From sequence record PP434429: a DNA stretch of 64,000 bases; one strand, given 5' to 3'. Below the pieces are notes generated by a model. The model ran no database searches, had not been told where the DNA came from, and saw nothing but the letters and a program-made list of their open reading frames with translations. The first letter of the stretch is position 1; the number at the start of each line of letters is the position of its first letter. This document shows, piece by piece, positions 49,589 to 59,246 of the stretch. The position numbers and the translations under genes are program-made. Source of the DNA: Escherichia phage LH01.

Positions 49589-50716
49589 ATGGAAAAATTT
49601 ATGGCTAAGTTTGGACAAGGATACGTCCAAACGCCATTTTTATCGGAAAGCAATTCAGTACGATTTAAATTAAGCATAGCGGGCTCTTGCCCGCTATCAA
49701 CATCTCCTGCTTATATTAAGTTCCAGGATAATCCACTTGGGTCCCAGGTTTTTTCCGTTGGATTAAACGTTCGTGTAATAAATCCTACAACAGGTGCAGT
49801 AGTTGAATCTAAGTCATATAATTTCTCTACTGAAAACGACGCCACGTCAAGTGCATTTGTTACTTTCATGGACACATATGCTTCAAATTTTATATTTGCT
49901 CTTGTTACTAACGCTAAAACAAACTTTCCACCTGAAGTTCTTGCATGGTTTAATAAAGCCGGAAGTTCTGTTATTCCATTAGCTCAACAAGTTTTAAATA
50001 TAGTGGACATTTCTTATTCGGCATTTTATATTTCTGGTAAGAATGCTATAGCGCTAGAACATATTAAGTATAGTAATAAGAAAACTTCAACCGACTATAG
50101 TACACCACTTGATGTTGTGTACGACACGATCGATGATATTGGTGCTACCGGCTTCCCTAGACGTACGTATGAATCGTCAGACACATTTTTATCTGCCATT
50201 GGAGGTACTAATAACGAAATTAAAAGGATGCCTACAACGTCCCTTATTACACCTCTCGCTGGGTATAAATTGAAGCCTGGAGATTTCCTTTATATGAAAT
50301 TCCAACTAATGGCCGATGCCGATTTGTTAGCACAAGGGACGACACGACTTTCTATTCGTTTCTTTAAATCTCCTTCTACTTCACCTATTTCATTTAAGGA
50401 TATAAACTTTGATGGGAACGCAGGTGAATGGAAGATATATGAAGACTACATAGAAATTCCTGCTGGTGCTGACGGGTTCACGATTTATTGTTATCGTACA
50501 GCTCCAGTCGGGCAAGGTGGATTAAGAAACGTTATATTCACTGAAGTATCATGTAATGGAAGCGTTTCAAAACCTGCCGAGTTTGGTATAAATGGTATTC
50601 GTGTAAATTATGTTTCAGAATCTTTAAGTGCTCCAGACATAATGACATTACCTACTCAATCTTCAACTGATACTGGTAAGGTATTTGGACAAGAATTTAA
50701 AGAAGCATCAGAATAA
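49589..50716 (+). CDS. 35: long tail fibre hinge protein gp35
   Basis: 375 aa following gene 34; terminator downstream. Confidence 0.9.
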   Translation: MEKFMAKFGQGYVQTPFLSESNSVRFKLSIAGSCPLSTSPAYIKFQDNPLGSQVFSVGLNVRVINPTTGAVVESKSYNFSTENDATSSAFVTFMDTYASNFIFALVTNAKTNFPPEVLAWFNKAGSSVIPLAQQVLNIVDISYSAFYISGKNAIALEHIKYSNKKTSTDYSTPLDVVYDTIDDIGATGFPRRTYESSDTFLSAIGGTNNEIKRMPTTSLITPLAGYKLKPGDFLYMKFQLMADADLLAQGTTRLSIRFFKSPSTSPISFKDINFDGNAGEWKIYEDYIEIPAGADGFTIYCYRTAPVGQGGLRNVIFTEVSCNGSVSKPAEFGINGIRVNYVSESLSAPDIMTLPTQSSTDTGKVFGQEFKEASE

Positions 50717-50721
50717 ATTTA

Positions 50722-50746
50722 GGGAGACTTCGGTCTCCCATTTTTG
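50722..50746 (+). terminator. terminator after gene 35
   Basis: GGGAGAC-UUCG-GUCUCCC hairpin followed by AUUUUUG. Confidence 0.75.
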
Positions 50747-50754
50747 TATAAATA
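50747..50754 (+). promoter_or_regulatory. late promoter TATAAATA (gene 36)
   Basis: Exact TATAAATA right after gene 35 terminator, 25 nt upstream of gene 36 ATG. Confidence 0.6.
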
Positions 50755-50778
50755 TGGTATACATATAAGGAGACAACT

Positions 50779-51444
50779 ATGGCCGATTTAAAAGCTGGTA
50801 GTACAACTGGCGGTGCTGTTATATGGCATCAAGGTAATTTCCCTTTAATGCCAGCAGGTGATGACGTCCTGTATAAAACGTTTAAACTCTATTCAGAATA
50901 TAATAAACCACAAGCGGCTGATAACGATTTCGTTTCTAAAGCAAATGGTGGTACGTATGCCGCTCGAGTAACATTTAATAATGGTGTGCAAGTACCTTAT
51001 GCCGTAAATAACACAAATCAAAGTGGTATTTATCCTGGCAATGGCGATGCTGCTACTTTTGATACAGCAAATATTGATATTGTTTCATGGTATGGCATTG
51101 GTTTTAAATCATCACAAGGATCTGCAGGTAGAACTGTTGTTGTTAACACTCGTACTGGTGATATCAGCACTAAAGGTGGTATTTATGCAACTGGTCCTGT
51201 CCGTTCTAACGCTACTGCTCCGGTTGCAGCAAATGATCTCACAAGAAAAGATTATGTTGATGGACGAATAAATATTGTTACGGATAACGCAAATTCCCGT
51301 GTATTGCGTAAAGGCGATACCATGACTGGTACTTTAACAGCACCAAACTTTTTCTCACAGAATCCGGCGTCTGAGGCTAATCATGTTCCTCGTTTCGACC
51401 AGATTGTAATTAAAGATTCTGTTCAAGATTTCGGCTATTATTAA
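50779..51444 (+). CDS. 36: long tail fibre distal connector gp36
   Basis: 221 aa; late promoter TATAAATA at 50747-50754. Confidence 0.9.
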   Translation: MADLKAGSTTGGAVIWHQGNFPLMPAGDDVLYKTFKLYSEYNKPQAADNDFVSKANGGTYAARVTFNNGVQVPYAVNNTNQSGIYPGNGDAATFDTANIDIVSWYGIGFKSSQGSAGRTVVVNTRTGDISTKGGIYATGPVRSNATAPVAANDLTRKDYVDGRINIVTDNANSRVLRKGDTMTGTLTAPNFFSQNPASEANHVPRFDQIVIKDSVQDFGYY

Positions 51445-51452
51445 GAGGACTT

Positions 51453-54400
51453 ATGGCTACATTAAAACAGATACAATTTAAAAGAAGCAAAGTAGCAGGA
51501 GTTAATCCTACTGCAGCACAATTAGCCGAAGGCGAATTAGCGATAAACTTAAAAGATCGAACTCTTTTTACTAAAGATGACCTCGGTAATATTATTAGCC
51601 TAGGCTTTGCTAAGGGCGGGGATATTAACGGTAATGTAACTCACGTAGGTAACTATACTCAGACAGGTACATTTAATTTAATAGGCTCACAAAATGTTGC
51701 ATCCGGTGGATATATCGAATTTGCTTATAAGGCCACCGGAGTTGGTTCTTGGGCAGGTCAACACACGGCAAAAGCCCCTATTTTCATGGATATTTCCGCA
51801 TCAACCGCTACTTCGGAATATAATCCTATAATTAAACAACGCTTTAAAGATGGAACTTTTTCATTAGGTACTTTAGTTTCTGAAGGTTCGTTGAAGATTC
51901 ATTATATCAATGAATCAGGCGATTCGAAATATTGGACGTTTCGACGTGACGGTGGATTTACTGTTGACGGTGGAGGTTTAGCAGTATCAGGAGGTAGTAT
52001 AACTACATCTGGAAATATTGCAGCTCTCGGAAATATTACTTCGCCTCAGATTAATACTAAAAATATTATTTTAGACACAAAAGCATTTGGACAATACGAT
52101 TCGCAATCATTAGTTCAATATGTTTATCCTGGAACAGGCGAAGAAAATGGTGTAAACTATCTTCGTAAAGTTCGCGCTAAATCAGGCGGAACTATTTACC
52201 ATGAAATCGCTTCAGCTCAAACTGGTAAGAATGATGAAATTTCTTGGTGGACCGGAAATACACTTACTACTAAATTAATGGGTCTTCGTAATGATGGCGC
52301 AATGGTATTACGTCGTTCACTTGCTATTGGCACAATTACCACTGATGAAAATACCAATAACTACGGCTCTCCTACTCCAATGGGAGAAAGATATATTGCT
52401 TTGGGTGATGCTGCCACTGGTTTAAAATACATTAAGCAGGGTGTTTATGATTTAGTAGGTAATTGGAATTCTGTCGCATCTATTACACCTGACAGTTTCC
52501 GTAGTACTCGTAAAGGTATATTTGGTCGTTCCGAGGACCAAGGCACAACTTGGATTATGCCTGGAACGAACGCTGCTCTCTTGTCTGTTCAAACACAGGC
52601 TGATGAAAACACTGCTGGAGACGGCCAGACACATATTGGCTATAACTCAGGCGGAAAAATGAACCACTACTTCCGCGGTACAGGTCAGATGAATATCAAT
52701 ACCCAACAAGGTATGGAAATTAACCCGGGTATTCTTAAACTGGTAACCGGCGCAAATAATGTAATGTTTTATGCTGATGGTGGTATTACATCTGTTAAGC
52801 AGCTTTCAATATATAACGGCGTATATTTAGCAGCTAATAATTCTACCGCTGGGCTAACATTCGCTCCAACTACTACAATTGATGGCACTAAGCAAATTTT
52901 GTGGGAAGGTGGCACTCGTGCTGGGCAGAATAAAAGCTACGTAACTGTTAAAGCATGGGGTAATTCATTTAACGCATCCGGCGATCGTAATCGTGAAACT
53001 GTATTTGAAGTTAGTGACGGGCAAGGATATTATTTTTATTCACAGCGTGTGGCTCCAAGTGGCTCTGAAACTACTGGGCCTGTTGTAACCCAGTTCAATG
53101 GACAAGTTAATGCTAGAGGAAGTATTATTACTGACGGAAGTTTTAAAGTTAATGGATTAAGTACATTATCCGGACAAGTTACTATGGATAACGGGCTTGT
53201 TTTATCCGGCGGTGGTTCTATTACCGGTCAAGTTAAAATCGGTAATACCGCAGATGCTTTCCGTATTTACAATGCTGAATATGGAGCTATTTTCCGTCGT
53301 TCTGAAGCGTCTTTGCATATTATACCTACACTTAAAGATGCCGGTGAAAGTGGTGGTATTTCTAACCTTCGCCCATTGAGTGTTTCTCTTAACAACGGTA
53401 TGGTTCAAATGCGCCATTCTGTTACGCTAGGTGATGATGGCGCTGGCGGTAATATGGTGACCGTTGATAATGATAATAAACTTGTTGTTATAACTAGCCA
53501 TAGTCGCATTTCTCCTAATTACCGTATGCAATTAGGACAATCGGCATATATCGACGCCGAATGTACTGATACTGCACGACCTGCTGGAGCCGGTTCTTTT
53601 GCTTCACAAAATAATGAAAACGTTCGTGCTCCGTTCTATATGAATATTGATAGAACAGATACAAGCACTTATGTTCCTATTGTGAAACAAAGATACGTTC
53701 AAAATAATAGTTGCTATTCTATTGGTACTTTAATTAATGGTGGTAACTTTAGAGTTCATTATCACGAAGGTGGTGACGGCGTTTCTACTGGCGCAATTAT
53801 AAAGGATTTAGGTTGGGAATTTAATAAAAACGGTGATTTTTATTCTCCTGGTAAATTAGGCGCTGGTAATGTTCGTATTGGTACTGATGGTAATATCACA
53901 GGTGGTTCTGGCAACTTTGCTAACTTGAATACCACAATAAATAACCTTAAGACGGATATTGTCTCAAGTTATCCTATTGGTGCTCCGATTCCTTGGCCTA
54001 CTGATACACCTCCTGAAGGTTATGCCATCATGGAAGGTCAAACATTTGATGTCGACTTGTATCCTAAGTTAGCTGCAGTGTATCCTTCCGGCTCTCTGCC
54101 TGATATGCGCGGTCAGACGATTAAAGGTAAACCATCCGGACGTGCAGTATTAAGTACAGAAGCAGATGGTGTTAAGTCACATAGCCATAGTGCAAGTGCA
54201 TCAAGCACAGATTTGGGTACTAAGACCACTTCTAGTTTTGATTACGGTAGCAAAACGACTTCAAGCTTTGATTATGGTACTAAGACCAGTAATACCACTG
54301 GTAACCATAACCATACAGTGAGTGGTAATACTAGTTCCGCAGGAGCTCACCAACACGCGCGTTCAGGTCCTCAGGTCACTGCTGCATGGGCAGACAATTT

Positions 54401-54725
54401 GTTTAGAGACGGGGTTACTACGATAGGTGCAAACTCATATGCTAAAATTAACTCAGGTATCACTGGTTCGACTTTAGCAACTAAGGTCGGTAAAACATCA
54501 AATGACGGTGCCCACACCCATAGTTGGTCAGGAACTACTAGCTCTACGGGTAACCATGCTCATACGGTAGGTATTGGTGCTCATACCCATTCGGTAGGTA
54601 TTGGTGCTCATTCTCATACTGTTGCAATTGGTTCCCATGGACATACAATAACTGTAAATGCCACAGGAAATACAGAAAACACAGTTAAAAACGTTGCTTT
54701 TAACTATATCGTTCGTTTAGCATAA
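51453..54725 (+). CDS. 37: long tail fibre distal subunit / receptor-binding adhesin gp37
   Basis: 1090 aa; C-terminal His-rich HxH repeats (GNHNHT, GAHTHS, GNHAHT, GAHSHT, GSHGHT) and ending [11 protein letters not shown] as T4 gp37. Confidence 0.93.
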   Translation: MATLKQIQFKRSKVAGVNPTAAQLAEGELAINLKDRTLFTKDDLGNIISLGFAKGGDINGNVTHVGNYTQTGTFNLIGSQNVASGGYIEFAYKATGVGSWAGQHTAKAPIFMDISASTATSEYNPIIKQRFKDGTFSLGTLVSEGSLKIHYINESGDSKYWTFRRDGGFTVDGGGLAVSGGSITTSGNIAALGNITSPQINTKNIILDTKAFGQYDSQSLVQYVYPGTGEENGVNYLRKVRAKSGGTIYHEIASAQTGKNDEISWWTGNTLTTKLMGLRNDGAMVLRRSLAIGTITTDENTNNYGSPTPMGERYIALGDAATGLKYIKQGVYDLVGNWNSVASITPDSFRSTRKGIFGRSEDQGTTWIMPGTNAALLSVQTQADENTAGDGQTHIGYNSGGKMNHYFRGTGQMNINTQQGMEINPGILKLVTGANNVMFYADGGITSVKQLSIYNGVYLAANNSTAGLTFAPTTTIDGTKQILWEGGTRAGQNKSYVTVKAWGNSFNASGDRNRETVFEVSDGQGYYFYSQRVAPSGSETTGPVVTQFNGQVNARGSIITDGSFKVNGLSTLSGQVTMDNGLVLSGGGSITGQVKIGNTADAFRIYNAEYGAIFRRSEASLHIIPTLKDAGESGGISNLRPLSVSLNNGMVQMRHSVTLGDDGAGGNMVTVDNDNKLVVITSHSRISPNYRMQLGQSAYIDAECTDTARPAGAGSFASQNNENVRAPFYMNIDRTDTSTYVPIVKQRYVQNNSCYSIGTLINGGNFRVHYHEGGDGVSTGAIIKDLGWEFNKNGDFYSPGKLGAGNVRIGTDGNITGGSGNFANLNTTINNLKTDIVSSYPIGAPIPWPTDTPPEGYAIMEGQTFDVDLYPKLAAVYPSGSLPDMRGQTIKGKPSGRAVLSTEADGVKSHSHSASASSTDLGTKTTSSFDYGSKTTSSFDYGTKTSNTTGNHNHTVSGNTSSAGAHQHARSGPQVTAAWADNLFRDGVTTIGANSYAKINSGITGSTLATKVGKTSNDGAHTHSWSGTTSSTGNHAHTVGIGAHTHSVGIGAHSHTVAIGSHGHTITVNATGNTENTVKNVAFNYIVRLA

Positions 54726-54731
54726 GGAGAA

Positions 54732-54750
54732 GGGGCTTCGGTCCCTTTTA
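54732..54750 (+). terminator. hairpin after gene 37; also the spacer of the gene 38 split RBS
   Basis: GGGGC-UUCG-GUCCC hairpin followed by UUUUAUAAU, between AAGGAG at 54724-54729 and gene 38 ATG at 54755. Confidence 0.55.
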
Positions 54751-54754
54751 TAAT

Positions 54755-55306
54755 ATGAAACTCTATCACTATTATTTTGACACTAAAGAATTTTACAAAG
54801 AAGAAAATTATAAACCATTAAAAGGCGTAGGATTTCCGGCTCATTCGACACCAAAAAAACCTTTAGACCCTAAAGAAGGCTATGCTGTTATATTTGACGA
54901 ACGCGAGCAAGAATGGGTATATGTTGAAGACCATCGAGGAAAAACAGTATGGACATATGATAAGCAAAAAATTGTTATTGACACTCCAGGTGCTCTTCAA
55001 AATGTTACTACAGAAGAACCTGGTGAATTTGACCTTTGGACCGACGACGGGTGGAAGGAAGATGAAGCATATAAACGCGTAGTTCAACGTGATAAGAAAA
55101 TTCATGAACTCTATAAATTATTCAGTGTTTTAAGTTCTCTTATTGACGCAGAGGTTGCTAATAGAGAAGAAAAACGAAAATTTAAAGAGCTCAAAAAATT
55201 CTTTGCCCTTTTAGAAAAACATGAACATCTTGGCGGCGAATTCCCTAAATTCCCTGACCTTGAAAACAAATCTATTATCAAAGCGATTATAAATATCTTT
55301 AAGTAA
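54755..55306 (+). CDS. 38: tail fibre assembly chaperone gp38
   Basis: 183 aa; matches T4 gp38 (M.LYHYYFDTKEFYKEENYKP, FFALLEKHEHLGGEFP). Confidence 0.9.
   Translation: MKLYHYYFDTKEFYKEENYKPLKGVGFPAHSTPKKPLDPKEGYAVIFDEREQEWVYVEDHRGKTVWTYDKQKIVIDTPGALQNVTTEEPGEFDLWTDDGWKEDEAYKRVVQRDKKIHELYKLFSVLSSLIDAEVANREEKRKFKELKKFFALLEKHEHLGGEFPKFPDLENKSIIKAIINIFK
55288..55295 (+). promoter_or_regulatory. late promoter TATAAATA inside gene 38 3' end (holin t)
   Basis: Exact TATAAATA about 21 nt upstream of t ATG. Confidence 0.55.
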
Positions 55307-55315
55307 GGAGGTATT

Positions 55316-55975
55316 ATGGCAACACCAAAAGTATCATTTTCGCTTAGTGATATTCTATTTGGGTTGCTAGATCGTATTTTCAAAGATAACGCTACTGGAA
55401 AGGTTTTAATGTCCCGAGTAGCGGTAATTATTCTTTTGTTCCTAATGGCACTAATATGGTACAAAGGAAGTATTTTGCTGGATTATTATGTAAGAGCTAA
55501 GTATGATACTTATACTGAAATAATCCAAAAAGAACGAGCTTTACGTTTTGAATCTGCGGCTCTAGAACAACTGCAAATAGTTCATATCTCATCTGGTGCA
55601 GATTTTAGTGCTGTGTATTCTTTCAGACCTAAAAACTTAAATTATTTTGTCGACCTTATAGCTTATGAAGGCAAACTACCTAGCACAATTTCTGAAAAGT
55701 CCCTTGGCGGATTCCCGGTGGATAAAACGACCAATGAATATATAATTCATTTAAGTGGCCGTCATTTCTCATCTAAATCAGAATTTGCATTTTTGCCTAC
55801 AAAATCTAAGACTGCCGAACTTTCTTATATGTATAGTTGTCCATACTTTAATTTGGATAACATCTACGCTGGAACTGTGACGATGTATTGGTATAAGGGG
55901 AGTAATATACTTGAGGAAGATCGCTTAGCAGCTATATGCAACCAAGCGGTCCGAATACTAGGAAGGGCTAAATAA
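55316..55975 (+). CDS. t: holin T
   Basis: 219 aa; matches T4 holin (SDILFG.LDR.FKDNATGKVL, single TM RVAVIILLFLMALIWY). Confidence 0.92.
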   Translation: MATPKVSFSLSDILFGLLDRIFKDNATGKVLMSRVAVIILLFLMALIWYKGSILLDYYVRAKYDTYTEIIQKERALRFESAALEQLQIVHISSGADFSAVYSFRPKNLNYFVDLIAYEGKLPSTISEKSLGGFPVDKTTNEYIIHLSGRHFSSKSEFAFLPTKSKTAELSYMYSCPYFNLDNIYAGTVTMYWYKGSNILEEDRLAAICNQAVRILGRAK

Positions 55976-56248
55976 TTAGTTGTTAGAATACATCGCTAAA
56001 TGACGATAAATATTTTCAAAACCTTCATTGAATTCACTAATCAGTGTTTTCTTTTCTTCGGCAGTTAAATTTGTAATTAGTTTTCTGAACGAATTCTGAT
56101 TTAGCTGCCGACCATCTTTTTTAATTCCAATCTCATTCAAGAAACCGATAAAACTTGCTCGGTCTTCAACAATATCTTCCCTAGAGAATTTAATCAAAAT
56201 AGAAGCAATAGTAATAATTTCGCGTACAATTTCAATGTCTTTATTCAT
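55976..56248 (-). CDS. asiA: anti-sigma-70 factor AsiA
   Basis: 90 aa; matches T4 AsiA (VREIIT.ASILIKFSREDIVE.RA.FI.FLNEIG). Confidence 0.92.
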   Translation of the reverse strand: MNKDIEIVREIITIASILIKFSREDIVEDRASFIGFLNEIGIKKDGRQLNQNSFRKLITNLTAEEKKTLISEFNEGFENIYRHLAMYSNN

Positions 56249-56254
56249 AACGTT

Positions 56255-56455
56255 TTATTCATTCCACTTAGTTGATATGGATATAGTACCATTATCAGTG
56301 TTGATTGTAAACGGCTTTTCTACGCTTTTAACGTAATCAATGTAGTCTTCCTGTTCATACGAGTGTAAGGCCAAGAATGGAACTAATAGTTCATTATAGA
56401 CTAAAGCCTCACGCTCACGTTCGGCCTCTACTACGTTCTGAAGATTATGACTCAT
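56255..56455 (-). CDS. hypothetical protein (66 aa from ATG at 56455)
   Basis: AAGGAA RBS before MSHNLQNV...; track ORF to 56509 overlaps upstream gene. Confidence 0.4.
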   Translation of the reverse strand: MSHNLQNVVEAEREREALVYNELLVPFLALHSYEQEDYIDYVKSVEKPFTINTDNGTISISTKWNE

Positions 56456-56744
56456 ATTGTTCCTTATAACTATCAATGTAGTCCTGTATGTCGAAGAATG
56501 ACATTTCATATTCTAGGGCATTAAGAGCCCGTTCTTCAGTATAGTCAGAACCAAAGACGATAGTGATTTCACCAGGCTTCATATGATTGAAATCGACACT
56601 AAAAGGAATACGAGAACATACTTCGTCTGCCATATCTACGATAACACTACGACACACTTCTCGGTTAACCTGATAAAGCTCTGCAAGTTCTTCACAACGA
56701 ATAACAAGTTCAGTGGCAGGATTTTCTTTGATTTTAGTAAACAT
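56445..56744 (-). CDS. acidic protein, possible Arn (anti-restriction) homologue
   Basis: 99 aa, strongly acidic; next to asiA where T4 has arn; no sequence-level confirmation. Confidence 0.45.
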   Translation of the reverse strand: MFTKIKENPATELVIRCEELAELYQVNREVCRSVIVDMADEVCSRIPFSVDFNHMKPGEITIVFGSDYTEERALNALEYEMSFFDIQDYIDSYKEQYES

Positions 56745-56818
56745 AGTCTTTACCCTTATGTTTTTGTTTGCGTTTAGATTGAAGTTCTGATTTCTTCTTG
56801 TCCTTATGGACAGAAGCC

Positions 56819-57046
56819 TTATTGAAATCGTGTTTTGCTACAAGATTGTTCATAATGATTTATAACCTCGTTTAAACATTTGTCTGTGAAAGAAAACTTT
56901 TTAGCCACAGAACATTCGATAATGTGTTCTTTCAAATCTTTAGAGTCAGTATAACCCATCTCAGTAATAAAGTGGCGAATTAAAGCTTTATTCTTATCAT
57001 TAACAGAATTAAAATAATCTGCTTTAGAATCAATTATTCTCATCAT
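56819..57046 (-). CDS. hypothetical protein (75 aa)
   Basis: ORF in asiA-motA interval. Confidence 0.45.
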   Translation of the reverse strand: MMRIIDSKADYFNSVNDKNKALIRHFITEMGYTDSKDLKEHIIECSVAKKFSFTDKCLNEVINHYEQSCSKTRFQ

Positions 57047-57311
57047 CTAATTTCCTTAATTGATATTGCAACGAGCTAATAATTTCTTCGTTCATTTTAA
57101 TATACATGTCGCGCAAGAAAGGTTTTAACCCATCACGAATAATTGCTAACGTATCACCTTTACATAAATTAACCAAATAAGGATGGTCTAAAGCATCCCA
57201 ACCAGGCTGATTAGCATACATACCATAATTTTCTTCCATCATATGATTAAGACGTTTGATATCTTGGATACGTGATTCAATAGCATCTTTCTGGAGTTGT
57301 TTAATATTCAT
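57030..57311 (-). CDS. hypothetical protein (93 aa)
   Basis: ORF, overlapping neighbours. Confidence 0.45.
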   Translation of the reverse strand: MNIKQLQKDAIESRIQDIKRLNHMMEENYGMYANQPGWDALDHPYLVNLCKGDTLAIIRDGLKPFLRDMYIKMNEEIISSLQYQLRKLDDENN

Positions 57312-57772
57312 TAATACAGGTCCTCTGAATAAAGTTCTTTCTCACTTCCGCCACGTGCAATACGTACCTGTCCAGCATACGTTGCAATAATCATTGCTTC
57401 TTCACGAGTCCAGTAATTAGAGTATTGGTCGATAAAGCCTTGGTCGTCGCCACAAACTTGTTGCGAGACTAATTGAGGACCAACTATATCAAGTACTTCA
57501 GCCATATCTTTAGAGTAATGACGAACTCCAGGAATAACCAGAGTTCCACCGCTCTTCAATTTAAACCTATTAGCTGCACATACTATAACACGTTGAACTT
57601 TTTGGTCATTGTTCCAATAGCACGTTTGCCAACAGATTTCAGGAACTTCATTCATTATATCATCAGCAGAATAATTATAACCGTAGGACTGGAATTTTTC
57701 TGCTAGACTTTCAGGAGTCTCACGAGACAAGGCCAAATCTAATAGCTCTAAACGTTCTTTAAATGATTTCAT
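57311..57772 (-). CDS. hypothetical protein (153 aa)
   Basis: ORF, ATGA-coupled to upstream ORF. Confidence 0.5.
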   Translation of the reverse strand: MKSFKERLELLDLALSRETPESLAEKFQSYGYNYSADDIMNEVPEICWQTCYWNNDQKVQRVIVCAANRFKLKSGGTLVIPGVRHYSKDMAEVLDIVGPQLVSQQVCGDDQGFIDQYSNYWTREEAMIIATYAGQVRIARGGSEKELYSEDLY

Positions 57773-58098
57773 TTAAACCATTCCTTAATACGTTGCCAAA
57801 TAGATTTTTGTGCTTGTTTATTTACACCAATCGAACGAATAACCGGTTGTGACTGCTGATATTCTTTATAATCTTCTTTATAGATTTCGTAAGCTGCATC
57901 AACAAATGAACTGATCGCTGCCATGTAGTTTTTACGAAGGCCAAATGGCGCGTCATTATTTTCACGAATAACCGTATATTGACCTGCTTTAATCTTTACA
58001 ATTGTCCCTAAATAAGCCCCGTGGTACCAAATATCCCATCCTTCCTGAGTAGGTTCTGCACATTTACGAAGTTCGTTAATAATATTCAGCTTATTCAT
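57769..58098 (-). CDS. hypothetical protein (109 aa)
   Basis: ORF directly downstream of motA. Confidence 0.5.
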   Translation of the reverse strand: MNKLNIINELRKCAEPTQEGWDIWYHGAYLGTIVKIKAGQYTVIRENNDAPFGLRKNYMAAISSFVDAAYEIYKEDYKEYQQSQPVIRSIGVNKQAQKSIWQRIKEWFK

Positions 58099-58108
58099 TA
58101 TGTATTCC

Positions 58109-58741
58109 TCACAGTACGTTAGTTACAAGGGTAATGATTTCTTTGGACACATTAGGGAAGTCAATGTAAGTATATTTACCACCGATCTTAATCTTAACAT
58201 CATTTTCAAGAGAAGTAAACAGCTTTGATTCGGTTTCTGACATGTTGTATGCAAAGATTCTAAGAGCGCCATCTCGTCGAATTTCAATTTGGCGAATACC
58301 TAGAACTCGTTTTGCAAATCGAACTTCTAAGTTACTACGGTTTTCACCAATTTCTTTAACTTCAACTTTATCTTTAATATTTTCAAAAACAAAGTTTGCT
58401 AATTCATGCATTTCAGGAGTAACTCCACGTGCTTTTCTGGTGTTACGTTTCTGAAGAAGTTCTGGAGCATTTTCTTGGGCAAAGAGGTCTGCAGCTTTTT
58501 GGATAATATCCATTGCTTCGCCTGTTGCTACAAGTCCATCACCGGATTTTTCGACTAAACCTTTCTTAATCAATACACCAATGTTAGAGTTAACAACTGA
58601 TGCATTGTATTCTGCTTCCAGAGCTTCACGGACATTGGCAGCAGTGGTGAAGTTGTTCTTAATGATATAAACCATTATTGCAGCAGTTTTTTCATTCAGA
58701 GCGTTTTCAGAAGCTTTGATGATGTAAGTAACTTTAGACAT
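58109..58741 (-). CDS. motA: middle-transcription activator MotA
   Basis: 210 aa; matches T4 MotA (MSKVTYIIKAS, SNIGVLIKKGLVEKSGDGL). Confidence 0.92.
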   Translation of the reverse strand: MSKVTYIIKASENALNEKTAAIMVYIIKNNFTTAANVREALEAEYNASVVNSNIGVLIKKGLVEKSGDGLVATGEAMDIIQKAADLFAQENAPELLQKRNTRKARGVTPEMHELANFVFENIKDKVEVKEIGENRSNLEVRFAKRVLGIRQIEIRRDGALRIFAYNMSETESKLFTSLENDVKIKIGGKYTYIDFPNVSKEIITLVTNVL

Positions 58742-58808
58742 TTTATTTCTCCAAATTAGTATTTGTTTTGATAGGTCTATAATATCATGTTTGAAGCAAA
58801 AGTAAACT
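58735..58808 (-). repeat. direct repeat copy A (promoter-leader-start cassette, motA)
   Basis: About 75 bp near-identical to 59054..59129, spanning -35, -10, leader, GGAG and ATGTCTAAA. Confidence 0.7.
58779..58807 (-). promoter_or_regulatory. early/middle promoter GTTTAC-N17-TATTAT with MotA-box-like TTTGCTTCA (motA)
   Basis: -35 GTTTAC followed by TTTGCTTCA, 17-nt spacer, TATTAT, GGAG RBS. Confidence 0.55.
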
Positions 58809-58844
58809 TTATTTTGGGCTCTTTTTCAAAAGCCCTGGTAAAAT

Positions 58845-59060
58845 TTACAAACTCATTTCTTTAATAAGGCTAATAAGTTTTGCCTTTTTAGAACGAAGCT
58901 TTTCTAAATGATACCCGTTTGAACCGCGAACAACTAAAGAATTGATTTCAACTTCTAAGAAATTTAATTCTTCAACAAGTGCTTTACGGGGAGCATTCAT
59001 ACCAGGTTTAACTTTACCGAAACGAGTAGTTGTGTTTTGGGTTAATTTCATTTTAGACAT
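58845..59060 (-). CDS. hypothetical small basic protein (71 aa)
   Basis: ORF preceded by a duplicate of the motA promoter-leader cassette, sharing the first codons MSK. Confidence 0.5.
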   Translation of the reverse strand: MSKMKLTQNTTTRFGKVKPGMNAPRKALVEELNFLEVEINSLVVRGSNGYHLEKLRSKKAKLISLIKEMSL

Positions 59061-59129
59061 TTTATTTCTCCAATTTGGTTGTTTTGTTTTGATAGGTCTA
59101 TAATATCATGTTTGAAGCACATGTAAACT
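59054..59129 (-). repeat. direct repeat copy B (promoter-leader-start cassette, ORF 58845..59060)
   Basis: Copy of the motA cassette with a 3-nt indel and a few substitutions. Confidence 0.7.
59100..59128 (-). promoter_or_regulatory. early/middle promoter, duplicate of motA promoter
   Basis: Near-identical copy (GTTTAC-ATGTGCTTCA...TATTAT) upstream of ORF 58845..59060. Confidence 0.5.
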
Positions 59130-59140
59130 GTTTTGTGAGG

Positions 59141-59170
59141 AAAAATGCACAAAAGGGAGCCGAAGCCCCC
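59141..59170 (-). terminator. terminator after gene 52
   Basis: GGGGGC-UUCG-GCUCCC hairpin followed on minus strand by UUUUGUGCAUUUUU. Confidence 0.65.
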
Positions 59171-59246
59171 TAATCATGTTTGTCCAACCAATACAGCCAA
59201 ATCACTAGTGCAGCTATTGCACTGAGAAATCCTAAGGCTAGGGCAC

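Noticed and set aside
46016-53417. Short antisense or alternative-frame ORFs inside tail-fibre genes 34-37 (e.g. 46016..46282, 46468..46725, 51023..51271, 52452..52634, 53197..53379)
   Set aside because: Embedded in long, confidently identified structural genes; no independent signals.
59171-59246. Possible TTG-initiated 26-aa hydrophobic peptide downstream of gene 52 (GGAGG 4 nt upstream)
   Set aside because: Non-ATG start, very short spacer, and a terminator hairpin immediately follows; too weak to call.
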